The translations under genes were made by a program, and so were the position numbers. Under the pieces are notes generated by a model. It did no database searches. It saw nothing but the letters and a program-made list of their open reading frames with translations, and was not told where the DNA came from. From an uncultured Parabacteroides sp. (GTDB lineage Bacteria > Bacteroidota > Bacteroidia > Bacteroidales > Tannerellaceae), in contig CAAGLQ010000049.1 in NCBI GenBank assembly GCA_900770835.1, positions 728-64,727 on the forward strand: DNA of 64,000 nucleotides. Direction: 5' to 3'. Of this stretch, positions 50,803-62,000 are shown in pieces; position 1 is the first letter of the stretch, and each line of letters starts with the position of its first letter.

Positions 50803-51711
50803 TCAGGCAGGGTTGGAGGGGTTATATCTACCCATCATCTTTTGCAACACGCCGATTATCTCTTCCCGAAAGGCATCTGGTGAGATGACTTCGATGTGCT
50901 CTCGATTCCATAATAGATGCTGAACTAAATCATAACTGGGTCGTACGAAGATCCGGAACAATGAATAATCTAATTGCGTCTCTATCTCCTCCTGACTGGG
51001 ATGGATCGGTACCGAACGTATATAGTTGACCTGCGGTTGGTACACCTTGAGGGTGATCCATTGGGGTGCCTTGTCATCATAGATAACGCCGAAACAATCC
51101 GAATAAAATAACTCCGGGGACATGCGGCTGCTGGGCTTGCGCTTTTGATCGGTGGCTGTGACGTTGCGCATCCGCTCTAATGCTAACACACGGTGCTGCT
51201 TATGGTTGGTAAATTCTCCAATCAGGTACCAACGGCGCTCGAATAGCCTGACAAAGCAGGGGATTAACTCAAAGTGTTTCACCTTGTCTGGCTCATAATA
51301 CGAGACGTAATCAAATTGGACCGTCACACCTTGCTCTATGGCGTTGAGCAGGGGTTGCAGATACTCCGATCCGGACTGGAACGGCTCCAGATAGATCTTG
51401 TCTTGCATTTTGGTGGACAGGTTCGCCAGTCCAAACAAACGGTTTTGCTCAATGGAGTACTGGAGCAGACCCTGCTGTTTGATGAGCTCCGGATTGGCCA
51501 ACGTATAGGTTCTCGAGGCTCGGTCATAGCTGATTTCTAACTGAAAGGTCTCCGCAATGTACTCCTTGTCGCGTATGAATGTACGACGGCTGTAGCTCTC
51601 GCATTCATCGTTGATACTGCTGCGCTCCCAACGGTCGCAGATCTCGTCCCGATCGAGGGACTCCCGGCTGAGCAGGTCAATTAACCAAAGACTTCTTCTA
51701 TATGGATCCAT
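50803..51711 (-). CDS. WYL-domain transcriptional regulator (HTH-WYL-WCX)
   Basis: WLIDLL..RRTF.RD; RWYLIG; RVLALERM; PIHPSQ. Confidence 0.9.
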   Translation of the reverse strand: MDPYRRSLWLIDLLSRESLDRDEICDRWERSSINDECESYSRRTFIRDKEYIAETFQLEISYDRASRTYTLANPELIKQQGLLQYSIEQNRLFGLANLSTKMQDKIYLEPFQSGSEYLQPLLNAIEQGVTVQFDYVSYYEPDKVKHFELIPCFVRLFERRWYLIGEFTNHKQHRVLALERMRNVTATDQKRKPSSRMSPELFYSDCFGVIYDDKAPQWITLKVYQPQVNYIRSVPIHPSQEEIETQLDYSLFRIFVRPSYDLVQHLLWNREHIEVISPDAFREEIIGVLQKMMGRYNPSNPA

Positions 51712-52684
51712 GGAATGCTTTTTCGACAAAATTAGAACTTTCTGGCTTAGCTGATGTGTCTGCGTGCTGATATTTATCAAAATTCGTTGATTTGGACTGT
51801 GTCTCAACGAACAGTATCTGACAACGGATATGGGGTTCATCAGTGACAGTCTGGTTGATTTGCATGTGGTCATGACCTAGCCATTGACGCAAAGCCTCAT
51901 ACAATGCTTGCAGGTGCGCAGGCTCTATCCGGAGAGCCTGCGGACGGGCCACTCGGCAAAAGACGGTGTCAAAACAGTAGGGGTTAAAGGTACTATAACG
52001 CTGGATGGACTGTATGATATAGGTCAGGGGCTCTTCGCCTTGGGACAGATCACGGTAGGTGAGTTGCTTGCCTTGGGTCATTAGCATCACGGCGGAGCGT
52101 TGGTCGGGTGTGTGGAGGTCACGCCATTGGCTGCATAATTGGGTGCGGGCTTTACGGATACGAGCTCGACTGATGCGGATGTCTCGTGGGGTTTGATAGG
52201 TCTTTATGCTTGAATTTGTAGGCTCCGGCTCCATGTCAACGGGTAGGTCCCCTGTGCTCTTATTAATGTGGGTGGGTTGAGGAAATGGGGCATACGTCGT
52301 GGCAGGGATAACCAGGGGCTCCTGCTCGGCATTATAGATTTGCTCCGCTTGGGATTGGGATAGGTACTCGATCAGGCATTTGGCTACCAACTCGGCGGGA
52401 ATCAACGATCCTCCTTGCATGTAACAGATTTGTCGGCCGACATCCTCAAAGGTATGCGTGGATGTCATGAACCTAAGTCCGGATTCCCAATGTCCCTTGT
52501 TTTGCGTAAACAGGCCAGCATAAATGGGGTAATCAAGTGGATGCGTTGGGGTATAGGTACGCAATAGGTCGTAGGTCTCTCGCAGGTGAAAAAGGTCCAT
52601 GTTCAATGCCTCTAACTCCTTTTTGGAAATAAATGGTATCACCGTTTCAAATGGATGGTGATTGATTAATGTACTTAATGTCAT
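51698..52684 (-). CDS. Hypothetical protein
   Basis: Long ORF overlapping the WYL gene start. Confidence 0.55.
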   Translation of the reverse strand: MTLSTLINHHPFETVIPFISKKELEALNMDLFHLRETYDLLRTYTPTHPLDYPIYAGLFTQNKGHWESGLRFMTSTHTFEDVGRQICYMQGGSLIPAELVAKCLIEYLSQSQAEQIYNAEQEPLVIPATTYAPFPQPTHINKSTGDLPVDMEPEPTNSSIKTYQTPRDIRISRARIRKARTQLCSQWRDLHTPDQRSAVMLMTQGKQLTYRDLSQGEEPLTYIIQSIQRYSTFNPYCFDTVFCRVARPQALRIEPAHLQALYEALRQWLGHDHMQINQTVTDEPHIRCQILFVETQSKSTNFDKYQHADTSAKPESSNFVEKAFHGSI

Positions 52685-52831
52685 ATCGAAAATTTTTAGG
52701 ATTGAGCCGCAAATAAAGCGGTTGTCTGTGCCAGATGCTGTCACATACCATATGTTTTGAATCATTTCTGCATGTGCCATGAATTGTCACAGTGGGGCTG
52801 TTCCTTTGCGGTGGATTTAAAATAGTAGCTT

Positions 52832-53629
52832 ATGTTTTGGAATTGTATTTTTGAGATGGCATCCACCTTGGATGCGAATAGACAGTGTGTTGGACAGGTG
52901 TTTGACTTGACCATGCGGTATTTAAGTGGCAAAGAGTTGGATTGCCTCTTTATGGCGGGGGTAGAAAAGGCATTGGATGCAGCCAAGGAGGATGAACAGG
53001 CAACTGCCATGTTGGATGATTGGCTGACGGGTTTGTGTCTGCATCAGTTGGGACTGTTCACGGTTTGGGGACTCAAGGGGCGGTGGCGTCAAGCCTATAT
53101 CTGCTGGTCTGACGCGGCGGCTAAGCTGGCGAAGATGACCGGCGGGGATTGGCCTGCCGTGAACATGGACGATATGATGGCGGAGTGGGAACTGCTGGGG
53201 TGTGGCGCCCACAAGAAGTCGATCCACGCCATCCTGACCTTGGCGGCCACCTATCCGCAACTGAAACAACTGCGGGCTACGATCCAATCGGAGGCCCGTT
53301 GGGTGACCTCCTTGCGATACCCGGTATTCGGAGTGGCGCAACATACGATCGAGGCCTCCTTTGGGTTATTTACCCTGTTGATTTTTGTTGTATCGCTTAT
53401 TTTGCTCTATCGGATGATGATCACTTATCCGATCTTGTCACTGACTAGTGATGTAAGCCGAGATAGCCTTAAGGCGTTACGGCTGATTTCCTATGAGGGG
53501 TCGGCGCTCTTTCAGAACGGGTTGCAGATCTTTGGCTCGCGGATTCTGTATTGGATTCATCTAGGGTTGTGGGTGCTGGTGCTCGAACGGGTTCCTGGGT
53601 GGTGGATTCGTCGTGTGCTGCGTCATTGA
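52832..53629 (+). CDS. Hypothetical membrane protein
   Basis: Two C-terminal hydrophobic segments. Confidence 0.55.
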   Translation: MFWNCIFEMASTLDANRQCVGQVFDLTMRYLSGKELDCLFMAGVEKALDAAKEDEQATAMLDDWLTGLCLHQLGLFTVWGLKGRWRQAYICWSDAAAKLAKMTGGDWPAVNMDDMMAEWELLGCGAHKKSIHAILTLAATYPQLKQLRATIQSEARWVTSLRYPVFGVAQHTIEASFGLFTLLIFVVSLILLYRMMITYPILSLTSDVSRDSLKALRLISYEGSALFQNGLQIFGSRILYWIHLGLWVLVLERVPGWWIRRVLRH

Positions 53630-53738
53630 GACGGACGGGGACGAAAGCTTTTCGAATGTTAATTCTGAGTGCTACGCAGTGCGCTGGGTTGGGTGGTTTG
53701 GGTGGATCGGGTTATCTTTGCGTCAGAATTGGTGTCGC

Positions 53739-54695
53739 ATGATTGATTGTCTATACACAGCGGAGTCTCGTTTGAAGGAGTTGGCATTGGATGCTATACA
53801 GGCGGATTTGTGGTTTCAGAAGGAGTGTGGAGGTCGGAAACGGTTTCGCAACCTGATGGATCGACTGTCTAAACGGGTATCGTCCGAGAATCGGACCTTG
53901 GTTTCCAATGTGTGTGAGTTTCAATCACCTCGGCGTAACCGATGGCTGGTGTATCTGCAGGTGACACCCGAAGTTGCGTCGGGTATTCCTCATTGGGTGC
54001 GGTTGTGTGTCTGTGAGGGGGCCGAGGCTCCAACGGTGTATCTCTATCTCTCGGATAAACAGGGGAGGGGCTATGCCGATTTTACCCCTCGCTTTTTCTG
54101 TAGTTATGCGGAGGCGCTGGGTTATTCACCCAATGACCCGGCGGTACTGGCGCAGTTCATCCTGGACCTAAAGGTGGCTGAGTCGCGAATCTATGAGCCG
54201 GACGAGGAGGGTGGCTATGCCCTCGAATGGGGCTTTCAACAGGGCCTGGCCGCGGGCCAGGTCGAGTCGTTTGTGCCTTTTGCGTTGACCCTGTCGGATT
54301 ACTGGCCGGGTGGTACGCCAAGCGTAACACGCTCGGTGCTTCGACATCAGGTGGTTGAGCGGTTACGGAAGGGGATCAAACAACCGAAATCGGATGATCC
54401 TCGCATGGTTAAGATGACAAACTTTTTGGTGGCGCTGCTGAATGGGGTGCTCGTGGAATTGTCCATACCCATGGATAGGCGAATGGCCTTCTTTGCCACC
54501 AACCAACCGTTCTTCGCGGAACGGGTGGCGGTGTTGTTGCGTGAGTGGTATGCCGAGGGCCAGGGGCTGCACATGGGCTCCTTGGTTCGGCTGTTTCGGG
54601 AGTTTCAAAAGAGGGCGGGTCTCAATGTGTCAGTGCCGGATGAGCAACTGATGGTGCGCATGGAGCGTATCGCCGAAGATATGTATGTGAAATGA
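53739..54695 (+). CDS. Hypothetical protein
   Basis: ATG at 53739 after TATCTTTG promoter motif. Confidence 0.6.
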   Translation: MIDCLYTAESRLKELALDAIQADLWFQKECGGRKRFRNLMDRLSKRVSSENRTLVSNVCEFQSPRRNRWLVYLQVTPEVASGIPHWVRLCVCEGAEAPTVYLYLSDKQGRGYADFTPRFFCSYAEALGYSPNDPAVLAQFILDLKVAESRIYEPDEEGGYALEWGFQQGLAAGQVESFVPFALTLSDYWPGGTPSVTRSVLRHQVVERLRKGIKQPKSDDPRMVKMTNFLVALLNGVLVELSIPMDRRMAFFATNQPFFAERVAVLLREWYAEGQGLHMGSLVRLFREFQKRAGLNVSVPDEQLMVRMERIAEDMYVK

Positions 54696-55165
54696 AAGTT
54701 TTCGAGATTCATTATAGGACGTGGTTGCGCCGGTTTGTACTGGCCTTTTGTTGTGCCGTGCTGATGGCTTGCTTTGGGGTGCGTGGTTCCGTGGATTGTA
54801 TGTGTGCGGGCGCAGTGATTGCATCAGGGCTTTTCTTGTGGGCGCTCTATAACGCAGGCCGGTTGCCAGTCGGCGAGGTGCGTGATGACAAAGATCTCAG
54901 CCAATCGTTGATTGTGCTCAGAGTGTGTGCCATGCAGGCTCTTTGGGTGGATCATCTCATGCTGGATCTTTTCCCTTTGGTGGGATGGGGTATATTGGGT
55001 GTAGCGTTTGGTGCTCACTCGATACGACTGTGGGGCTCTGTGGTGTTGGATGTGTCGCTGTTGGCACTGGTTTGTCAGATCTTCTCGATCGTGTACCAGA
55101 CTTTTATCGGTAATCTCATTGCTGATGTGCGGGAGGATATGGTACAACGCATGAATCGGGAGTGA
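54692..55165 (+). CDS. Hypothetical membrane protein (about 4 TM)
   Basis: Hydrophobic ORF, ATGA overlap. Confidence 0.6.
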   Translation: MKVFEIHYRTWLRRFVLAFCCAVLMACFGVRGSVDCMCAGAVIASGLFLWALYNAGRLPVGEVRDDKDLSQSLIVLRVCAMQALWVDHLMLDLFPLVGWGILGVAFGAHSIRLWGSVVLDVSLLALVCQIFSIVYQTFIGNLIADVREDMVQRMNRE

Positions 55166-55234
55166 GAACCAAACAATAGGGTAAGGCGTATGAATCCTTG
55201 AATGGGTGTATTTTTTGACTAAATAGATTGAACA

Positions 55235-57037
55235 ATGGATCGTGCATATACTGATTTGGTTACAGACCTGATTAAGGAAGGCGACTATGAGTCGGCCCAG
55301 GCTGCTCTGCTGAAAAAAGTGGACGAAAATGATGGTGCCGCTTGTGCGATGTTAGGTGTGTATCTTTTCTCAGAGGCATTTCCGGGCTGTGACCGAAGGG
55401 ATGCGTATAAGTATTGGAAGCGAGGGGCTGCCTTAGGCGACAATGATTGTAAGGGTTTGTGTCACTTGGATGGGGCTGACCTGTATTTAGATGAAGACGC
55501 TGAATCGTTCGTATTGTCTATCGGAGAGAAACAAGCGGATGAGATGCTGAAGTATGCGGCCAAGGGGAATGGCTATATCTATGAGTTTTTACTCTCTTGG
55601 CTATGTCAGGATCATCTGGTGTTAGTGCTTTCAGATAGGCAGTATCTCCGGCTGATTACGGAGGGGGTGGAAGTGATTAAACGCATGATTCCGCATTTTT
55701 TGGAGTGTCGTGTGGTTGATATTCTTCTAAATTTCAATCAGATTCCGCATACAGAGGATGACTTTGCTCGGTTGTTTCAGGCCTTTAGGGATCTACTCAC
55801 AGAGGAGAATCTGGCCATTTGCTATGCGATCTCTGCGGAGATCCTTTCCTTCTTTCCGGATTTTGTGAGTAGGGATGAGCTGCTCAAATGGATCTCCTAC
55901 CTGAAGGAACCATTGCCTCAAGAATATCATTATCTCATGGGTGCCTTGAAAGACCGGGATTGTCTCATGAAAGAGGTGATTATCCATGCGGAGGAGGTGT
56001 ATCGCACGGAGCGGGAAGTTGGATTTGGTGAGAGTGTGTACGCCTATTGTCTGCTCAAAGGCAAGGGCATCGCCAAGGATCTGCGCAAAGTGGAACGACT
56101 GTTGGGGCAGAATACGTATAACTACGGATTGGTTATGCGCGCTCATTGCCGCATGTTCATTGACCCGGAGCATCCGGATATCGAGGGGGCTATCGCACTA
56201 TTGGATCAAGCGCCTGAGGACATGACTGTTTATTGGGATAAGATGTTATACCTGTTATACGCTGAATCGAAACAGGCGCTTACGGCTCCTCTCAAACAGC
56301 TGCTCGAAAGAGAAATGAAGGAGGTGAAAGAAGACGAATATGACTCCTATCTCTTTTTGCGGGGCGTTCAACTGGCTCTCAAACCGAATGTGGATCACAA
56401 AAGGGTTGAGGACTGTTTTCTGGACGAAAGGGCCCATCATCATGATCTGCTCATGATCTGGCTTTGTGGTCAAGTCGAAGATTTCCCATTGGATGTCATG
56501 GCGGATCTGGTCAAGGATGAGCATATCGACACCGATTTGCGTTACCATCTCGCCTTTAGGCTTGTGCTGTTCAGAGCCCAGCAAAATGACTCGAACGCGG
56601 TGAAAGAGGCTCTTCAGTGGGTGGATTCGTTAGGTGGACAGCGCTATGCGCTGCGCAATCGGACATTGAGATATGTCTTGGATATCGTAGGGGAGCGTGA
56701 CTCTCACAAGCGTCATCCTATGGTTAAGCGATTTTTATCGGAATACGATGAGCTCAAAGAGGAGGGGCTGGCGAATTATCTTCGGGTGTGGCTCGAGTTC
56801 TGCCATTTCAAGACGGATCGTAAACGGCTCAAACAGTTTGTCGATATGACGGTGGCTAGCCAGGATAGCTATGCGATCATTTGTGTGGGTCATGTGTTGA
56901 TGCATATGCGTGATCCGAAAGATGTCCGATGGGGCGAACAGGTCGAGCAGGTTGGTCTCGATATCTCGCCTTTCTGCCGGGTGGACTGGATGATTGAGGC
57001 ACTGACGGGTGGATACTATATGGATATGTTTATTTAG
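55235..57037 (+). CDS. Sel1/TPR-like repeat protein
   Basis: ACAMLGVYL...AYKYWKRGAALG; YAYCLLKGKGIAKD. Confidence 0.65.
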   Translation: MDRAYTDLVTDLIKEGDYESAQAALLKKVDENDGAACAMLGVYLFSEAFPGCDRRDAYKYWKRGAALGDNDCKGLCHLDGADLYLDEDAESFVLSIGEKQADEMLKYAAKGNGYIYEFLLSWLCQDHLVLVLSDRQYLRLITEGVEVIKRMIPHFLECRVVDILLNFNQIPHTEDDFARLFQAFRDLLTEENLAICYAISAEILSFFPDFVSRDELLKWISYLKEPLPQEYHYLMGALKDRDCLMKEVIIHAEEVYRTEREVGFGESVYAYCLLKGKGIAKDLRKVERLLGQNTYNYGLVMRAHCRMFIDPEHPDIEGAIALLDQAPEDMTVYWDKMLYLLYAESKQALTAPLKQLLEREMKEVKEDEYDSYLFLRGVQLALKPNVDHKRVEDCFLDERAHHHDLLMIWLCGQVEDFPLDVMADLVKDEHIDTDLRYHLAFRLVLFRAQQNDSNAVKEALQWVDSLGGQRYALRNRTLRYVLDIVGERDSHKRHPMVKRFLSEYDELKEEGLANYLRVWLEFCHFKTDRKRLKQFVDMTVASQDSYAIICVGHVLMHMRDPKDVRWGEQVEQVGLDISPFCRVDWMIEALTGGYYMDMFI

Positions 57038-57062
57038 GGAATAACAATAGGGGATGAAAAAG

Positions 57063-57093
57063 AGAGGGTTCGGCAGGGCGTCGGACCCTTTTG
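57063..57093 (+). terminator. Rho-independent terminator
   Basis: AGGGTTCGGC-agggc-GTCGGACCCT followed by TTT. Confidence 0.65.
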
Positions 57094-57232
57094 TTCAGAC
57101 GTTTGCTGTTGGTATCCATAGCTGTTTTGTCGTTCGGAGAACTCCATTGTTTAGTTTTGTGAAATAGTGATACTATCATTTGCTTTGCTGATTGGCCGGC
57201 TAATCAGACTGCCTATCTTTGAGCAAAAAAAT

Positions 57233-57526
57233 ATGATGAAACCGAAATTTCAACGATTATTGGATGGGGAGACATTTGAGACGTCTGAGAAGGGCAATTC
57301 GATGGTGCCCTTGTTGTATAGTGGTGAGAAGCATGTGGTGACACCGGTGCGAATTGAGGATGTGCAGGTGGGCGATATTGTATATTGCAAGGTCAAAGGA
57401 TGTTTCTATACACATTTGGTCAAAGCGATCAACAAGAAACGTGGGCTTTTGATTGGGAATAACCATGGTGGGATCAATGGATGGACGAAACAGGTGTATG
57501 GACGAGTCATTCGGTCGATAAGTTGA
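57233..57526 (+). CDS. S24/S26 peptidase-like protein
   Basis: GNSMVPLL..GE; VGDIV; YTHLV. Confidence 0.7.
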   Translation: MMKPKFQRLLDGETFETSEKGNSMVPLLYSGEKHVVTPVRIEDVQVGDIVYCKVKGCFYTHLVKAINKKRGLLIGNNHGGINGWTKQVYGRVIRSIS

Positions 57527-57760
57527 GAGCCTATTGGATTCAGTACTCAATGGCTTTTCTTCTACCAAACGTTGACTACGCAATCTTTATTTTGGCTTGT
57601 GTTGTATTTTACAATGAAACAGATTTTAACTGTTAATATTTGTGATTTTCGGGGGCAATTTTGAATGGTGCTTCTTTTGCTTAGTGAGTATCTTCTAATT
57701 TTGTTTCGCTGATTCCAAGGAATTTAGTAATTTAGATTGTGAAAACGAATCCAATTGGTT

Positions 57761-58567
57761 ATGCGGAATTTAGAGTCCATCATAGAGTTATTTGGGGAAA
57801 AGGCGCAAGCGGCCTGTGACATCGAGGATGTGTTGCGTTTGATCCTGGAGGATGTGCCTTATTTCAACAATAGGGGATTGCTGAAGGCGGAGCTGCTACG
57901 CTCTTGTTTCCCAGCTGAGCGTTTGGCGGCGCATCAGATTTTTCTTCAAGCGAATGAGGAGACGTTGATGGACGGTGGAATATCGGGTAACTATATCGTA
58001 GTGGGTGGTACCGCTGTTCAACAGGAGCGGGCTGCACACGGATTCTTTCTGTCGGGAACGCACGCCACGGTATTGGATGGCGAGGCGGATTTCTTAGGGT
58101 TGGCATCCGGTGTGTTGCGTGGGGCTGCGAAAGGTCGAGCCTTTCAGCAGGCGAGGGTGAGTGCTCTCGATGAGTCCACCTTGTATTTGCGTGACCAATC
58201 ATTTGGGGTGGTGACCGATCGGGCAACCGGATATGCCACGGATGCCTGTTCGGTGCAGGTTTCGTCGGTGGGGCGGCTATTTGTCGAGGGTGTTGCCTTC
58301 TTTTTGGCTCGTCAGCGGGCTTGGGTCTCCGCTCAGGGGCAGGCGTTTGGCGTGGCCACCGACCGTGCAGAGCTGGAGTGTGGTCCCGCCAATCGGGTGT
58401 TTCCGCTGAGTGCAGACGTAGATATTACTTGCCCAGAGGTAAATCTTGTCGAGCAGGTGCCAGCCGATGCGGATCTGAGCGCGCAGATACTGTTTATCGC
58501 TGCGCGCGATCTACCCGTCGCTGAACGTAAACAGGCACTGGCGCGCCTGATTCCCAGTTGGGGTTAG
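57761..58567 (+). CDS. Hypothetical beta-helix-like repeat protein, paralog of 40140
   Basis: LESI...GLL.A.LL.S.F..ERL..H.IF shared with the 40140 protein; periodic A/G repeats. Confidence 0.65.
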   Translation: MRNLESIIELFGEKAQAACDIEDVLRLILEDVPYFNNRGLLKAELLRSCFPAERLAAHQIFLQANEETLMDGGISGNYIVVGGTAVQQERAAHGFFLSGTHATVLDGEADFLGLASGVLRGAAKGRAFQQARVSALDESTLYLRDQSFGVVTDRATGYATDACSVQVSSVGRLFVEGVAFFLARQRAWVSAQGQAFGVATDRAELECGPANRVFPLSADVDITCPEVNLVEQVPADADLSAQILFIAARDLPVAERKQALARLIPSWG

Positions 58568-58604
58568 TTGGATGGAGTTGTTTTATCTTTAAATACATTT
58601 TCTT

Positions 58605-59051
58605 ATGCCTAAAAATATCAATTTTCTAGAGTTGGAGTTAACCAAGCATATTATCGAGGATTTTCCGCAGTTGATCACAGACGAGGAGTTTATCGAGGGG
58701 CGGGCCGAACTGGCCCTGCAGACGTTAGTGAGTTATGATCGACAGGGGTATTCGTACGACGAGAGTCTCTATGAGGCGCATAAGGTGCTGTATGCGGGAC
58801 TGAACTACTCGTTGTTTAAGGACTTTGTGCGTCTCTTGGAGACTGAGTTTCCAGAGGTGCCGGAGGAGGAGTGGCGTCCAATGGCCGTCAAACTGATGGA
58901 GGCTTGCAAGGAGGTCACGGATAAGTATCAGATTGATGATGAATTTGACGGGAGCCCTGACCGGGATGTGATGTTAGCTGAACTGGTTGGGCATATCCGT
59001 ACTTATATAGATAAGCATGGCATACAACAGACAGGTCGCCTTGACGAGTAA
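58605..59051 (+). CDS. DUF1896 protein of Bacteroidetes conjugative elements
   Basis: FP.L..DEEFI..RAE.A...LYAGLNYS...LLETEF...Y.I.DEF..SP...ELVG.I. Confidence 0.75.
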   Translation: MPKNINFLELELTKHIIEDFPQLITDEEFIEGRAELALQTLVSYDRQGYSYDESLYEAHKVLYAGLNYSLFKDFVRLLETEFPEVPEEEWRPMAVKLMEACKEVTDKYQIDDEFDGSPDRDVMLAELVGHIRTYIDKHGIQQTGRLDE

Positions 59052-62000
59052 TATCTTGGCGATCCAAACGGCGATTCAATTACGCCGTGAACACCGAAAA
59101 CCGACAGACTATGAGAAGATGCTCTTGGGGGCCTACACGGGCTTTGGAGGGCTGAAATGTGTTTTGGACACCAATCCGGTGGAACAATGGCCGGCCTATG
59201 ACCGGATTCTCTACCCCTTTGTCCAGAATCTTTGGCAACTGTTAGTGAAGGAGGCCTCCTCCCCAATGGAGGCACAGGCTTGGAAAGAGGGGGTCAAGAG
59301 CTCGGTGCTGACTGCGTTCTATACCGATCCTTACCTGATTAAAAAGATGGGCATCGGCATCGCTCAGGCTATGGGGCCGGATCTGAAACGGTTCCTGGAC
59401 CCGTCAACGGGTACGGGGCGTTTCTTGCATATGTTCGACGAGGCCGGGGTGCAAGGGCTCTCTATGACAGCGGTCGAGAAGGATGCGCTGTCGGGCTTGA
59501 TCGCCCAAGCGCTGAACCCTGATGCCGATGTACGCATCGAGGGGTTAGAGCAGTTTCCGGCCGATCGCTTGGGTTCCTATGACTTAGTGGCTACGAATAT
59601 TCCCTTCGGACAGATCCAGGTGTTTGATCCGCTCTTTGACAAGGGGGATGAGTTGCACCGTTTGGCTCAAAAGAAAATTCATAACTATTTCTTCGTGAAA
59701 GGGCTGGATACGCTTCGTGAAGGGGGTGTGCTGCTCTTTATCACCAGTGCCGGTGTCCTGAATTCTCCCTCCAATGCGCAGATTCGTCGTTACCTCATGG
59801 ATCATGCGAACTTGATCGAGGCACTACCGCTCCCTACGGACTGTTTTAAGGAGGAATCGGGAATCGAGGTGGACACGATGTTTGTCGTGCTGCAGAAGAA
59901 CACGTATAAAAAGGAGTTGACCCAACGGGAGCAGTGGTTTATCGAGACCCAGGAGGTGGATTATGAACGAGTGGATCAACTGATTGATCAAGGTGCACAT
60001 TACCAGGGTAATAACCGAGAGGTCTATCGCTGCCCGAATCGTTATGTGTTTGAGCGCCTGTGTGAATTGGTTGAAAGTCCTATCCAGGATCAACATTATG
60101 GAATGTATCCTTATGTTGATACCGATCAGTTTGGTAAACCGTGTATTCATTATGTGGACAATACGTATGATTCGATGGTCGGATTGGATCCAAACGAGGA
60201 GTCTGCTTATACGCAGATTATTCGTCTGGCGATGGAGCGTTACTACGATCGGTCGCTTATGCCGGTACAGGAGGTCGAGGCAGTGGAGGTCAAGAACGTC
60301 CTCGGTGGCGAGTTGCTCTCGCTTCAGGAACTGTTTGGGATCACAGCGGATGAACGTACCCAGGTTCGGTCGGGTGCGAGAACGAAACGTTCCCGGATTC
60401 GGAAGCAGCCAACCGCTGCTTTGCCGGAAACGCAACTGGCTGAGCAACCCATCGAGGTGGACCCGACGGAATATGGGGCACATGTGTGCGAGGGTTTGAT
60501 CGTGGCGGCTCAAGATCGGATAGGGACCTTGGTTCTCCATTCGGGTCGTTATCTCCTGCAACCAATGGAGATTTCCTCGGGTAATGAGGAGCGATTCCGG
60601 GGCTATGCGGAGCTGCGCGCTGCGTATTGGAAGCTGGATGATGAGGAGCGCTTGATGCTCATGCCCCAGCCTGAGCTGCGGGAGGGGCTGAATCGGGCCT
60701 ATGATGCTTTTGTCGATCGCTTCGGCTCGTTACACAATGGCACGAATATGGCTACGTTGGCGTTGGATCCGGCATGGAAAGAGGTGTGGACCCTGGAGCG
60801 CATGGTCGATGGTCGTGCGGAGAAGGCGGATATCTTCCGGGAGCCGGTTGCGTTTCATCTCGATGTGCCGGAGGTAATGACGGCAGAGGAGGCCTTGGCC
60901 AGCAGCCTGAACTTGTACGGTAGGGTGAATATGGACTATATGATGTCGGTCACGGAGAAACCGTTTGACCAGTTGCGCAAGGAACTCTGGGAACAGGTGT
61001 TCTGGTCTGGTTACGATGAGTGGGTGACTAAGGAGCAGCTTCAGAGGGGCAACGGCTACGACGAGGTGGATCGGTTGGCTCGTTATTATGCGGATGAGTC
61101 CTTGACGGATGAGCTGACGCACTCCATCGAGGCGGTACGGGCGGCGATTCCCAAGGAGATCCCGTTTGAGGAGATCGGTATCAGCATGGGTGAGCGCTGG
61201 ATCGAGCCTCGTATCTATGCGGATTTTGCTCGTGACTGGCTGAAGGCGACTGGCAAAATGGAGGTACGGTACGACGAGGCGATTGATCAATATGCGGTAT
61301 CCTTCTCAGGTGTGCCCTCGGCCATGAGAGAGTTATGGTCGGTGGGTTATTCCATGGATGTGACTGAGATTTTTGTCAATGCGTTGATGGATACCTATCC
61401 GCAGATTACCATGACGGTGGGTTATGGCAGGGATAAAAAGGTGGTGGTGGATGTGGAGAGGACGCAGATGGCGGCCACGAAAATCACCGATGTGCGCAAC
61501 TTGTTTGTCGAATGGGTGGGGAAGTTGCCGGTCGCTGAACGGGACCGCCTGGCGGCTATGTATAACCGCCGCTATAATGGGATCATGAAACCGCATTTCG
61601 ATGGGTCTTTCCAGACATTTCCGGATCTGTCGTTAGAGCAGTTTAACTATAAGGAGCTGTATCCCTCGCAAAAGGATGCGATCTGGATGATCAAACAACA
61701 GCAAGGGGGTATCTGTGACCATGAGGTGGGCGCGGGTAAGACTATGATCATGTGCGTGGCGGCTCATGAGATGAAACGGTTGGGGATCGTGAATAAGCCC
61801 TTGATCATCGCCTTGAAAGCGAATGTGCATGATATTGCGGATACCTATCGGCGGGCTTATCCGGATGCGAAAATTCTTTATCCGGGCAAGGACGATTTTG
61901 CGCCGGCGAAGCGGCAGGAGCTGTTCGCGCAGATCAAGAATAACAATTGGGATTGTATCATCTTGACGCATACGCAATTTCAACAGATTCCGCAGAGCGC

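Larger units (their letters stand above)
87..57875 (+). repeat. Dispersed strand-polarised motif AACRRTAGGG (20 copies found by eye)
   Basis: Starts at 87, 1125, 2975, 4505, 6183, 7263, 8878, 18509, 19943, 22077, 22759, 33218, 38264, 38574, 41019, 49191, 51973, 55172, 57043, 57866. No CCCTAYYGTT seen. Confidence 0.85.
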
